A stretch of DNA of 64,000 bases from Octopus sinensis. Taxonomy: Eukaryota. The notes below the pieces were generated by a model. It had not been told where the DNA came from and searched no databases. It saw only the letters and a program-made list of their open reading frames with translations. Both the position numbers and the translations under genes were made by a program. How positions within the stretch are numbered: position 1 is the first letter of the stretch; each line of letters begins with the position of its first letter. The stretch spans positions 95,480,001-95,544,000 of the forward strand of contig NC_043006.1 in assembly GCF_006345805.1 (NCBI RefSeq), in the 5' to 3' direction. This document shows positions 42,020-55,720 of the stretch, in pieces.

Positions 42020-42514
42020 GCACTGATATAGTGTTTATACATTTTAAAAGCAGCTTCGTTACAAAGTGAAATTCTTGAAGCAAGATTATTTTTTATGTTT
42101 TTTGTATGAAATTATTTCACTTCAAATTATTGAGTGATTTGAATTATAAAAATGATTGTCGTTCTGTTTTGCTGTTTTTTTGTTTTTGTAAGTTTTATGT
42201 AAGTAAGCAGAATTAATTCGTTGGTTCGTATGATGCAACGCTTTCGATGTTATTCCAAACGATGTGTTTGTCGATGTTGAAATATATCAGGGTCCACTTG
42301 TGGTTTGATGGTTTGGTACCGATACTTCTGGTAGAAGAGCGTAGGAGCGTGGATTTGGGGTTCCTTGTACTTTCAATTGCGAGGACACGGTCCGGATGAT
42401 GCGCTGACAATGGCAATATCACGGTTTCGAGTTATTGGCTGGAGACACTGTGCTCTTGAGCAAAACACTTTATTTTATGTTTTTCCAGTCCATTCAACTG
42501 CAAATAAATAAATG

Positions 42515-42735
42515 AGGAGAAGGAAGAGGAGAAGAAGACGAAAGAGAAGAAGAAGAAGGAGAAGACGAAAGAGGAGAAGAAGAAGAAGGAGAAGACGAAA
42601 GAGAAGAAGAAAAAAGAAGTTCAAGAAGCAGACGAAAAAGAAATAGAAGAAGAAGAAGAAGAAGACGAAAGAGAAGAAGAAAGAAGAAGAAGAAGAAGAA
42701 AGAGAAGAAGAAGAAGAAGAAGAAAAAGAAGAAGA
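42515..42735. repeat. Polypurine (GAA)-rich degenerate repeat
   Basis: Almost exclusively G/A, with repeated gaagacgaaagagaagaagaa. Confidence 0.95.
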
Positions 42736-42914
42736 TACGGCATTGCGTCCCTGAGCAAACTGCTTTATTTCACGTTCCCCCTATCAGTTCAGCTGAAGTA
42801 AGTACCGGTTTGGTGCCCGGAAAACTAAAATAGCTCTTGCTCTCTGTAGTTGTAACATTCTGGATGTTGCACTGGATTAGGTACTGTAAATTCATCTGTG
42901 AAGTTGTTTGTTCA

Positions 42915-44342
42915 TCTCTATATATTTATAACTGAGAATGTGTGTCTGTCTGTGTGTTTCCCTAAAACTTGAGAACTACACAACCAATTTCATTAAAATT
43001 TTGCACAAGCCTTACTTAGGGTCCGGGTAGTGTCATCAGCAAAAAAATTGTTCAACTTCTTGCCTAGGGCGAGCGCATAGCAATACCATATCTTCTCCAC
43101 TATTTCAGTATTAAACTATTTCAGTATTTCACTATTTCAGTATCTAAACATTTTTCTATTTTATGTCAGATACTTTCACTCTAACAATAGAAATTAGAGG
43201 TAATAATAACAATTGAATTATATGTAGTAAGTAATAATGAAAATCAAACTAAAGTATAATATAATCGTAACATAACAAAAGTAAAAATAGCAATTGGTAT
43301 AAAATTGCATCAATGACTTGAACTTGAATAAGTGGTTTCACATGAATGGGAGTAAATTAAAAATAAAATTAGTGTGCAGAAATGAAATAGTAGAGATGGA
43401 GCTGTACACATACACTTTACCATGGCTTTTACATTAGATTATCTGCTAATTAGCTAGCATTAAGTATCTATATGAAGTTTGGCTGTATGTAATGTCTGTT
43501 TTCTCAAACAGCCGCTTCTACTTAGTACTGCTGTTGGTTTACTTATTATACATAAATGACTATAGCTTCCACTGCCTACTGCTTTTTGATTCACTGTAAG
43601 GTTTGTTGTTATTATTATTACTGTTTAGCTATTAGTATCACGTTTGTTGGTTCCTCGTAAGGGAAACGTTGTTGTGTTACATTTGTTAAATAATTGTAAA
43701 CTGTAACCCTCCCCCTTTGGGAGAAGGAGCTTTGGTTATTGTTTACAAATTGAATTGTGTCCCTGTTTGGGGAAATTGACAATATTTTCACCGTTTATAC
43801 AGAAGCATTTTTGTTAGAATGCCTTCGATAGAAGAAAGTCCGAAAATGAATTTCGCCGCAGCAGTCGGCCGGCGCAAATTCATTAAAATGAAAATGGAAG
43901 AAATTCAAACCTATTTCGGATTGATCACCGACAAAGACGGCGAATCTAGGATAACACCACGAAACGAAATAAAAAATTAAATTAAAGAAAATACTATTGT
44001 TTATAAAGTATACAATGTAGAGAAAAAAAAAGATTTGAACACCTGAAGGAAAGCACCATCAAAAAGTGTCTTGGTGCGACTATGAAAGATATCTAACCAG
44101 AGGCGGTAAATTCGCCACAATAGAAGCAAGTTTCAAGTCAACGGAGCGTGCAAGGGAGTACTCGACTCGAACCTTGCAAAGTGGAAATATTTTACTTTTA
44201 CCTTTATATCTGGGACGTAGGGCGTCCCTGATAAAAATCAAAAATGTTCCCCCAGAAGTAGAGGTAGGCTGGATTGTAGCCACACTTCTATACAAGAGTG
44301 AGGAAAAGATAAAATTGATCGAAATTGCAAGAGACGGGCCTA
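42915..44342 (+). mobile_element. Second copy of the same Helitron family, 3' end missing
   Basis: A|TCTCTATATATTTATAACTGAGAATGTGTGTCTGTCTG matches the 18036 end. Internal 43640-44342 matches the reverse complement of ~16905-17540. Confidence 0.8.
43819..44342 (+). pseudogene. L1/Tx1-type ORF1 N-terminal fragment carried inside the Helitron (mirror copy ~16905-17390, minus strand)
   Basis: IVYKVYNVEKK...YLTRGGKFATIEASFK...LLPLYLGRRASLIKIKNVPPEVEVGWIVA aligns by eye to ITYRVFVNEKKR...FLARGNKYGTVVVQFK...LLPPYLGRRTTKIRVDGVTPDVDAEFIVA at 28270-28570. Confidence 0.75.
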
Positions 44343-44924
44343 ATTTGCTGGTGATGCTATAATGTTTTCATAGAGTTAAATCGCTTAGAAATATGTGTAA
44401 ATATTTCTTATCGGTTACTCGTGCCCTTCATTGGAGTGCAGCTCTGCTGGTGCACCTACTTGAAATGAGTGGACTGGTCACCTCTGTAGCGAGTGAATAT
44501 ATTCGCCACAGAATCTAGGAAACCGGGCTTAGCTTATGTCTCGGAAAGGAACCTTGTTCCTCATATGTATATATGCCTTTCTTTTGGTGGGCTCAAATCT
44601 CATTTGCGAACCCATTGAAAAGTAACCTCCTCCAGCTATTCTGCTTATATATCTGTGCACACATTTGAAGGCATTGTATGCTAGAAAGTTTACAAATCTA
44701 ACGGTGTCCTCAAAAGACATTTTAAGATACACAAAGATCAGAACTTATCTACATCTCTTGGTGGTCCATATCGGATGTGCAATCTATGTGGTTGTCTTTT
44801 CAGACCATTGTCTTGTTTAAAAAGTGATATCAAATGCCATGATGGTTCTAAGGTGTAGGTACAGGAGGTAGTCAAACTCTGGATAATGTGTAGACAACCA
44901 CCATGTGTGTGTGTGTGTGTGTGT

Positions 44925-44983
<59 letters not shown>

Positions 44984-44993
44984 TTGTGTGTGT

Positions 44994-45034
<41 letters not shown>

Positions 45035-45036
<2 letters not shown>

Positions 45037-45170
45037 TACGAATATATTACCAAAACAACTGAGGGATCTTCATAAAGTAGGGATAGATGTTTTGAAGAAA
45101 CAACTTGATCTCTGCTCTCCGAGGTCCCAGATGAATCTATATTAAGGTAGGAAACACAAAAAGGGGCAGG
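45035..45170 (+). mobile_element. CR1 3'-end fragment
   Basis: NILPKQLRDLHKVGIDVLKKQLDL matches ILPKSLRDLHKVDVGVFKSKLDL of the 30900-32540 element. Confidence 0.65.
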
Positions 45171-46270
45171 ATTTTGAACACCTTCTTATACCAAAATCCA
45201 CTCACATAAGATTGGCCATTAGAGAGGTGATTACACTGTCGGTGTTCCAGCATGGCCTGAGCCTTAGGGCTGAAACGTATAAAAGAATAAAAGAAAGATT
45301 GTGTATATGAAAGGATTCTTTTAGTTTTACCTCCCAAATTCAATCTTAATGCATTAATCGGCCTGGGATTACAGTAGAAGGCACCTGCCTAAAGTGCTTC
45401 TATGTAGAACTGAACTCGAAATCCCGTCGTTGCAAAGATTTGCTTCTTAACTACACGGCCATACCTGAGCCTAAATTAGTTTTAAGGGCAACTCATGATG
45501 GTTACGGAGGCGGAGTACATTAGACTTCTTAATACTTACTGATGATTCTTTACCATCATCAAACAAACCAGTCAAATTATTATTATTATCATTATTATTA
45601 TTATTATTTTAACTAAAATATTATTTAACGAAGGGTTACATTTTAAAAAAATGTACGAGATTCTCATTAATGGCGCAGTATAACTTAGCAAATTAGAGCG
45701 CGCTAAAGAAGAAATAATTGAGAGATGGATGGATAAAAATGAAGTGTCTATTTGAGTAAAGATGCAATTTCCTTTATTACTAAGGCTAGAGCAGCTGATT
45801 ACGGTGCTGCAATGGTTAGATTGATGGAACTTGGTAACTTTCCTAATTCAGTTATTAATGTTATTTAAAAGGTGTTTGCTAATTAATGCAATGTTGTTGC
45901 GCTTTGCCAAATTGATTAATCTCCGCTTCGGACCAAAGTGGAAGTTCACCTTGCGGTATCTAATGATAGATGATGTATAATGTGATCGGCAAAAACATAT
46001 CGAGGAAGGTACTCTAGCGTGATCACAGTCCAATAATTGGGGAAAATCAGAAAAACTAAAAGAACTAAAGAATATAAGAAATTTTGAGTAGGCGTCGGCG
46101 CAGGCGCAGATTGAGAGGCTTGCTTCCCACGCACGTGGTCTTGGTTTGAGTTCTACCCTCTGTGCGGTACCGAGGACAAATATTTTCCGATATCACCCAA
46201 AGCCGACCAAAGTTTTGTGAGTGGATTTAGAACACGCAAACTGAAAGTTTATTGCATGTGTGTATTTGTG

Positions 46271-46308
<38 letters not shown>

Positions 46309-46328
46309 CGTTTATATATTTGTAGTAT

Positions 46329-46374
<46 letters not shown>

Positions 46375-47511
46375 TATAGGAGTAGTAGTAGTAGCAAAGC
46401 GATCTGGCAGAATCGTTAGCATTTTCGGGCAATATGCTTAGTGTCATTTCATCAGTTTTTACATTCTGAGTTCAAACTTTTGCCGAAATCGACACTTCCT
46501 TTGCATCCGTTTCGTGGTCGATAAAATAAGTACAAGTTGAGCAATGGGGTTGATGTAGTCGACTTAATCCCCTAATGGGTTTAGATTTTGGCTCAAGGTC
46601 ACCGACTTCTGTAACTATGAGGGCCTAAGATGGCTTACATCGACTACGATGCTTAACTGCTACATACTCTATTGGCTCCGAAGGATGAAAAGTAAATTCA
46701 ACCTTGGCACTATTTGAACTCATTTTGTAAAGCCGGACGAATGGCGGTAACTATTCAGCCTAGCACCCTAACAGTTCTGCCAGCACGCCATCTTAAGAAG
46801 AAAAGAGCACCACTGAAGTCACATTTAAAAACATTTACCCCTGACTTAAATCTTGAATGCTGATGTGTACGTATTTAAATTAATTCTAACGTTGTGTGTA
46901 TGTGCGGGGGTACACACACGCACACACACACTCACATGCACACATGTATGCATATGTGCGTGTGTTTACCTGTACACATACTCATATTCGTGTTCGTACA
47001 TCGAGCGGAAAAGTGGAACTTCATACTGGGCAAGATTCTTCATATATCTCTGTCTACGTGTGCTTCTCAGTGCTTCTATATACATTCCTTGAATATGCTC
47101 ACTCAACCTCTTTGCCTCCCTCTCAGTTTTCTCTCTCTCTCTCCATCACTTAACCCTCTGACTTCTCTCTTCCATCACTCATTTCTCCTTCTTCATTTAA
47201 TCATCAGGTGATTAATTCACAACTATAAGAAAATTAACTGTCAATACGCAGAAAGAAGATACGGTTTTCATTTGCAGCGTTATTCTGGCATGCAGTGCAA
47301 CCGAACACATGGTCTGCACCTGTTTCACTTCGGAAGTTATTAAATGTATTGTCGTTTGTTAATGCATGTACACAATGAATACACTCACACACGAACAAAC
47401 ACAAACACACACACACACGTGCCCACATTCACGCACACAAATGGTCACATACAAAGGTGAATATAACATTTATGTAAGCGAAAGCATTTAGGTATACACA
47501 CACACATACAA

Positions 47512-47568
<57 letters not shown>

Positions 47569-47652
47569 CACCTAGATGCACAGATATAAATATATATACA
47601 CATATATATATATACACACACATATATACATACACACACCACACACACACAT

Positions 47653-47701
<49 letters not shown>

Positions 47702-48502
47702 ATATATATGAATTTCCTTTCCCTACATGTCATGTCATTATAAAGCATGGAGTGTACCTACTACTCTACGTCATTCTTCTGTGTTTGTGTATAATTTGAC
47801 ACAATACATCACTTTCAAAGCCTCCCAGTTTGGAACCTATTAATATTGATTTCCCATTAGCAAACAAAAACTAACGACTTTTTCACGTTGAATTTGAGTA
47901 CGAACCGTACCGGTTATGTCTTGTTATCCAAAGTTGATAGCGTAAGTATACAAAATTCGTTTCTCGGGGTATTGAAATCGCGCAGAATTCTGTAACTCAT
48001 GTTAGTTTTACTATTCTGTGGTACCTGATTTTCTAGCTTTTTATTGTTCACGTACTCTCCAGGCCGCCAGTTTTGGGAGATGGGCATAATCGACTTTAGA
48101 GGTCCAGTTTTGGACGGGTATTTATTTTATCGATCGTGGAATCAAAAATGAAATAACGCCCTTTAACCGCGGGATTCGAATGGTGAACTCAAAGTGTACA
48201 TACCTATGTACATAAATACATACAAACAAAAATACCCAGTGGTTGATGTTAAAATTCCAATGAAGGAGCCTTGCATCTAGGTTAGAAACCAGCTAATATA
48301 GCAAGAACTCTTTATACCAAATTGAACAATGAAATACATACATGAATACATACATAAATGAATGCATATGCATACATACATACATACAGACATACATACA
48401 TATATACACACATTAACTCTTATTGACAACCACCGGGAACATTCTTAACTCAAAATGATTTGGTGGTAACGTAGACCGGCTCGAACTCTCTTAAAAACAA
48501 CT

Positions 48503-48622
<120 letters not shown>

Positions 48623-48934
48623 TGTGTCTGTGTATGTGTGTGTGTGTTTGAAAAAAGAAAAAGGATGGTAGTTCTAACCTGTTAAGTCATTTTTTAATAA
48701 AATAAATTTTACACTTTCGTGCATACACTTTAGTTCATAGAACTAAATCTATGAACTAAAGTGTAAAATTTATATTGTTAAGATAAAATGATTAAGTAGA
48801 AATTAAACTGATTAGAACTCTCAGTAAAGTCATAAGTTTTCTTTTTTTTCAAATGTACCTAACTGTAATAAAGATCTCATACATTTTCCAATATATATAT
48901 ATATATATTGTTATATTTCAACACACGACTTCAC

Positions 48935-50282
48935 ATAAAAGCTCTATCATGCCTGTTGAGATACTCTGTAGGTGCTAGAAGACTGCACTTGGAGACAACA
49001 TGATCAATGGTTTTATTTTGTTGTTGACATACTCGACATGTTGGGCTACTGCCGTTCTTTAATATGTTGGCCTGGTAGTTTCTTGTTGGTAGTCATTGAT
49101 CTTGAGCTGCTATGATAAATCCCTCTGTTTCAGATTTTAAGCCAGAGGCCCTTAGCCATTGATGTGTCAGGGCTTTGTGAACATCTGCATTATTCGCTCT
49201 ATTTGAGTATTTGCCATAGAGAGGTTTTTCTTGTCATTTATCATTCAGAATATCCAAGGCCGCAGTTTTGGCACGCGTTTTCATGCGCCTAGCTTTTTCT
49301 GTGCTTGTTTCTTGTATGTCTATCTCTAATTCCGAAATTTGTTGTATTCGGAATTCACTTAGATATTCCTTTGACTGTTTTGTTACTGAGTATGATGCTT
49401 TCTTGTTTTTATGTTTTGAGATAAGTTTTAACATCCAGTCCTCAGACTTTTTTAGGTAGGTGTCTAGGCCAATTGTAGCAATCTTCATTGTTATTGCCAG
49501 TTCCAAAAGACCACGGCCTCCCTCCATTCTTGGCAGATAGAGTCGTTCTGTATCTGCCTTAGGGTGGTGCATTCTATGCACTGTCAACAGTTTTCGTATT
49601 TTTCTGTCAAGATTACATATTTCAGTAATTCACCAGTTAACGATATTGAAACTGTAAGTCACGACTGGTATGACTAATGCATTGATCGCTTCGATCCTGT
49701 TTCTCTGTCTTGAGTATTGCTCTTACTCTGGGATAACATTCTCTCCTGATCCTTTCCTTCATCTCTGAATATCTTATTCCGTCTCCTTCAATTACCCCTA
49801 GGTACTTGTAGCTCTCCACTGGGTCTAATTCTTTTATGACATTCTGCTGGTCAAGGTTAACGTTAGATGTTTCTGTCATTTTTCCTTTGATAAAGGTAGC
49901 TTTTGCACATTTATCGAGGCCAAATTTCATTCTGATGTCATCACTGAATTGTTGGCCCTTGAGTTGTTGGTCATTTTTTGCAAAGAGCTTTAAATCATCC
50001 ATGTAAATGAGATGATTTATATTTTTATCAAACATTTTATATCCGTACTGCGCGTCATTTAGCAGTTTTGAGAGAGGTATTAAGGCTAAACAAAAGGGGA
50101 GTGGTGATATGAGTCACCCTGGAAAATGCCACATGAAATTTTTACATCACCAGCATTCAGAGATTCATTGTCACTGTTCAAAGTTAGTGTGGTTCTTCAT
50201 GATCTCATACTTACAGACAAAAAGTTTCGCAGAGTAGGTGTTATCTTATACATTTCCAGGCATTTCTTAATCCAGCTATGTG

Positions 50283-50283
<1 letters not shown>
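48935..50283 (-). mobile_element. R4/Dong retrotransposon RT region, 5' end abutting (AAT)n
   Basis: GIFQGD, INHLIYMDDLKLFAK, FGLDKCAK, HPKADTERLYLPRMEGGRGL, TIDHVVSKC...HDR. Confidence 0.88.
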
Positions 50284-50354
<71 letters not shown>

Positions 50355-51284
50355 CATTCAGTAGTTTTATTTTTATATCGTGCTTTCACTTCACTACCGA
50401 GCGCAGCTCTGTGTACCTTGGGTATGTGCTGTGATTTGTTGTGATGCTCTGATGGTTATTGTATGGAAAGTGTTCTGCGTAGGATGTGTGCCGTGCCTAG
50501 TAGTGCAATTTTCTGTATGCTATATGTGTTTGTAAGTCCTGGTGTTTTTGTTATGTATTTGTCTGAATATTTTTTATCATGCCTAATGCACCTACTATGA
50601 TAGGAATTGTTTCTGTTTTTAGATTCCACATTCTGGTTACCACTATTTCCAGGTCTTTGTATTTTGAAAGTTTCTCCATTTCTTTTAGAGACACGTTGTC
50701 ATCTGCTGGTATTGATACATCAATCAGAAAGCATTTTTTCTTCATGATCTCTGACAACTATATCTGGTCTGTTGGCCTTAATTTCTCTAGCTGTGTGTAT
50801 CGGCATATCCCATAGTATGATTGCTTTCTCGTTTTCTGTGACCATTTCTGCTGTGTGCCTATACCATCTTTTTTTCTGTTGTTATTCTATAATGTTGGCA
50901 TAGCTTTCAGTATATGTAGGTCCCAACTCTGTCGTGTCTGTGAATATATTCCTTCTTAGCCAGGACTGGGCAGCCAGAGATAATATGATTTATTGTTTCT
51001 TGTCCATCTCCACATATTCTGCAGTTACTTGTTATATTTCTTTTCATTACATGTTTTTGATAATTTCTGGTGGGGAGGCTTTGGTCTTGTATTACACTTA
51101 AAAATCCTTCTGTCCCTGCTTTGAGTCCTGAGCTTCTCAACCATTGCTGGTATTTTTCTTTGTCTATTTCTTTTGCATTTAGTTTAGTCCAGTATTTACC
51201 ATGAAGCAGCTTTTCTTGCCATCGTTTTATCATGGTTCTTTGCTGTTCTAGTTTTAGTTTGGATTCATTTGTTTAGTTTGGATT

Positions 51285-51286
<2 letters not shown>
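50355..51286 (-). mobile_element. 5'-truncated R4/Dong copy (CCHC, RLE, 3' UTR), tandem unit 1
   Basis: CRICGDGQETINHIISGCPVLAKKEYIHRHD and KCFLIDVSIP...KYKDL...IIVGALG. (ATT)n on both sides. Confidence 0.9.
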
Positions 51287-51381
<95 letters not shown>

Positions 51382-52310
51382 CATTCAGTAGTTTTATTTT
51401 TATATCGTGCTTCACTTCACTACGAGCGCAGCTCTGTGTACCTTGGGTATGTGCTGTGATTTGTTGTGATGCTCTGATGGTTATTGTATGGAAAGTGTTC
51501 TGCGTAGGATGTGTGTGCCGTGCCTAGTAGTGCAATTTTCTGTATGCTATATGTGTTTGTAAGTCCTGTGTTTTTGTTATGTATTTGTCTGAATATTTTT
51601 TATCATGCCTAATGCACCTACTATGATAGGAATTGTTTCTGTTTTTAGATTCCACATTCTGGTTACCACTATTTCCAGGTCTTTGTATTTTGAAAGTTTC
51701 TCCATTTCTTTTAGAGACACGTTGTCATCTGCTGGTATTGATACATCAATCAGAAAGCATTTTTTCTTCATGATCTCTGACAACTATATCTGGTCTGTTG
51801 GTCTTAATTTCTCTAGCTGTGTGTATCGGCATATCCCATAGTATGATTGCTTTCTCGTTTTCTGTGACCATTCTGCTGTGTGCCTATACCATCTTTTTTT
51901 CTGTTGTTATTCTATAATGTTGGCATAGCTTTCAGTATATGTAGGTCCCAACTCTGTCGTGTCTGTGAATATATTCCTTCTTAGCCAGGACTGGGCAGCC
52001 AGAGATAATATGATTTATTGTTTCTTGTCCATCTCCACATATTCTGCAGTTACTTGTTATATTTCTTTTCATTACATGTTTTTGATAATTTCTGGTGGGG
52101 AGGCTTTGGTCTTGTATTACACTTAAAAATCCTTCTGTCTCTGCTTTGAGTCCTGAGCTTCTCAACCATTGCTGGTATTTTTCTTTGTCTATTTCTTTTG
52201 CATTTAGTTTAGTCCAGTATTTACCATGAAGGAGCTTTTCTTGCCATCGTTTTATCATGGTTCTTTGCTGTTCTAGTTTTAGTTTGGATTTCATTTGTTT
52301 AGTTTGGATT

Positions 52311-52312
<2 letters not shown>
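51382..52312 (-). mobile_element. Near-identical tandem unit 2 of the R4/Dong fragment
   Basis: Same 5' and 3' breakpoints as 50355-51286. Differs by a few substitutions and 1-2 bp indels. Confidence 0.9.
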
Positions 52313-52372
<60 letters not shown>

Positions 52373-52792
52373 GAGTGAGAGAGCAGTTCATGCCATCAAA
52401 GTGACACTGGGGTAAAATATACGAAGCCCAATATACCCATCATGACTACCCGTCGGATAAGGGTGCACCAGGCACATGCATCACAACCATATGTGTGCAA
52501 CATGGTGATCTCATATCAAGATAAACAGCACATGACCTTGCAGGTGGGGGCCCAGTTAGAAATTCTTCAGGTTGAGTAGCCCATCCCGCTCAAAAGGTCC
52601 CTGCATAATAGTTGTTTAAGGTTGTTGAAAGAACCACCCATGTTTCCAGAGGTGAATTATTCAAACCCCAAAGAATCCCTCTCAACACATGGCTATGATA
52701 CTCCCCCACTACTTCTGCTCGTGATCAGAGATGCACATATCGTCAGCCACTAAGGGACATGCTCAACTGGTTAAGGTCAAACAACTGACAAG

Positions 52793-52829
<37 letters not shown>

Positions 52830-53383
52830 GAGTGAGAGAGCAGTTCATGCCATCAAAGTGACACTGGGGTAAAATATACGAAGCCCAATATACCCATCAT
52901 GACTACCCGCCTGATAAAGGTACACCAGGCACATGCATCACAACCATATGTGCGCGACATGGTGATCTCATATCAAGATAAACAGCACATGACCTTGCAG
53001 GTGGGGCCCAGTTAGAATTTTCTTCAGGTTGAGTAGCCCATCCTGCTCAAAAGGTCCTTGAATAAGGGTTGCCTTAGGATGTTGAACGAAACACCTATGT
53101 TTCCAGAGGTGAACCATTCAAACTCCAAAGAATCCCTCTCAACACATGGCCATGATGCTCCCCCACTACTTCTGCTCGTGATCAGAGATGCACGTATTGT
53201 CAGCCACTAAGGGACATGCTCAACTGGTTAAGGTCAAACAACTGACAAGCAAATCTGTGGTATTGAGCAGAATATTTGCTGTAGCCCATCTTTTATACCA
53301 AGACAAAACAATGTACATGATAACACTTCCAATCAGTTAAGATCAGAAGCCATGAGAGCCACTGCCTGGTACTGCATCAGGGC

Positions 53384-53387
<4 letters not shown>
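52373..53387 (-). mobile_element. Two tandem copies (52373-52793 truncated; 52830-53387 full ~560 bp) of a non-coding (AAT)n-embedded element; third copy 25646-26162
   Basis: Shared end ...ctgctctctcactc(AAT)n on the minus strand. Shared start ATG(C/T)CCTGATGCA in the 53387 and 26162 copies. No ORF or tRNA boxes seen. Strand inferred from truncation pattern. Confidence 0.75.
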
Positions 53388-53428
<41 letters not shown>

Positions 53429-54959
53429 GATTATTATTATTATCATAATGGTTTTAAATTTTGCCACAAGGTCAGCCGTTTTTGGGGAGGGTTTGAATCG
53501 ATTACATTGACCCCAGGGTTCAACTGGTATTTATTTTATCGACCCCAAAATTATGAAAGGTAAAGTCGACCTCGGCGGAATTTGAACTCAGAATGTAGCG
53601 ATGGACGAAATTCTGCTACGCATTTCCTCCAGCGTGATAACGATTCTGCCAGTTCACCGCATTCCAATAATAATGATGATGATGATGATGATGATAATAA
53701 GGATAACAATCATTTATACTCTAGGCACAAGGCCCGAAATTTTGCGGGATGGGGACCCCAGTACGCAACTGGTTCTTAATTTATCGACCCGAAAGGATGA
53801 AAGGCAAAGTCGGCCTCGGTGGATCTCAGAACGTAAAGACAGACGAAATAATGATAATAATAATAATGAGAAGGAGAAGAAGAATAAAAACAACAAAGCC
53901 AGCACTGCATAACACACTTTTATTTTCGGGTAGTAAGAGATATTTCGTAATTCCTTGTGTTTGAATAAACGCAGAAAATTGTTGATATTTCCTTCAAACT
54001 TTACTTTCACGACACGCATAAAGTTATTTTGACATTTACATTTTTCAATGGGAAACACACGAATTTGAACATTTTCATTCAGATAAGATTAGAAATAAAA
54101 TCAGCACGTAAATCATATACAATATGTGTAAATACTTAACATGTATCTATACTTTCGGTTATATAAAAGTGATTACTATTCTTTTTTTTGTTAAATACAA
54201 ATTCCTTCTCTTTCTCTCTTCCCCTGTGTGTTTCTCTCTCTTCCTCACTCCCTCTCTCTTCCTTCCTCTCCTTCTTCCTCTCCCCTCCCCCATGCCGATG
54301 GAAGCAAAAGTTTTAAACATCAGTTTCTACAGCAATTTTTACTTTTTTTATTCCTATAATGCCTCCAGGTAAAATGTAATGATGAGAAGCAAGTTTGATT
54401 GCTGACAGGTATGCCGAAATATGCATATTAGCATCACTTATTTTAGCAGATGTTACAACATTTTTGCTCTTGACTGAGAAAATTGGCCACAGGGATCGGA
54501 ATGTGTCTGTTAAATTCTTTGCTGACTTTTAACACAATTTTTGAGAAAAGCAGATAAGCCAATCAACTTCAGGCACAGGAAGAACTATATTCAACTACTA
54601 AAACCTGAGGTCCGTGTTTCTAGATTCTTATTGATATGATTGCCACTGAGGTTCACTTTACCTTTTGGGGTCGATAAATTAGGTACCAGTCGAGCATGAT
54701 GTAATCGGCCAGACTCTTCTTCTGCTCTATGTACAAACTCACATATGTGTATGTGTACATGTAACCACACACATATATGCATACGTGCGCGCATATGTGA
54801 GTGTGTGTGTCTGTCTGTCTGTGCATAAAGTTAGAATAAATTTTAGTACGCTTATGTCCAGCAAGATATTGGGATGACTATTGATAAAGTTGGCTTCATT
54901 GATATCTCTTCTTTCTCTTCTAATACTACTACGACGACGACTACTACTATTACTACTAT

Positions 54960-55500
54960 CATGAATGCACGGTTCACCTGTTGTCAGTGATCCCTGCAGC
55001 ATGTCCAGTCCTGTGTGCTTTCGGTATTCTGCACTCACGACTTCCTCTCTCCTTATCCGTTCTCTGATCATCGCATTGCGATTGGGCTCTATTCCGACCA
55101 TGAGATTTCCCATAGACCTTTGATTCGTAACCAATCGATGTTCTTCGCTCCTCGTAGTTGTCCACGTCTAGCTTGCGTATAAGAGTGCGGATAGGAAGAT
55201 ACTATTGAAGAATCTGACACTTATGGACTTTTCCGGCACAAAGTCTATTGAAATAAATGCATGTATTTTGTTTTCATGCGTTTCACTTTAGGGTTTGCTG
55301 TTGAGTTATGGGTGTTCTGCTCTGCCGGTATAGACTGCAGTTGATCTCTTGTTTCGGCAATGTGCACAATGTCACCTGGGAATTAAAGGTGTGTTGGAAG
55401 GTCGCAGTTGATATTCATGCCACCTATGTAGTCAATATACTCTTTGACTATTTCTACACACACACACATGTATGATGTGTGCTTTGCAACCATGACCTCC
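54960..55500 (-). mobile_element. RTE-clade LINE RT C-terminal remnant
   Basis: FNSIFLSALLYAS*TWTTTRSEEHRLVTNQRSM...RNAMIRERIRREEVV resembles the RTE LLYxSETW...RNxxIRER region. Confidence 0.7.
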
Positions 55501-55531
55501 CTGCTATCTTGTTTAATCTAGACACCATTGC

Positions 55532-55666
55532 CAACATTATTTACATCATTTACATTTGATGGATATTTGTCCACATCTTGTTTGTGGTTATCACAACGTT
55601 TCAGCTGATATACCCTCCAGGCTTCATGAGGTGTAGTGGGGAAATTTCGAACCTAAGGTATTTTTC

Positions 55667-55720
<54 letters not shown>

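Noticed and set aside
54395-54436. CUGAC-A-GG UAUG CC-GAAA plus AUAUGCAUAU palindrome
   Set aside because: G8 is missing and stem I would consume core bases. At best a relic.
54960-55200. Apparent minus-strand exon with AG/GT boundaries
   Set aside because: Another frame gives the RTE RT motif LLYAS*TW...RNAMIRER, so it is a LINE remnant.
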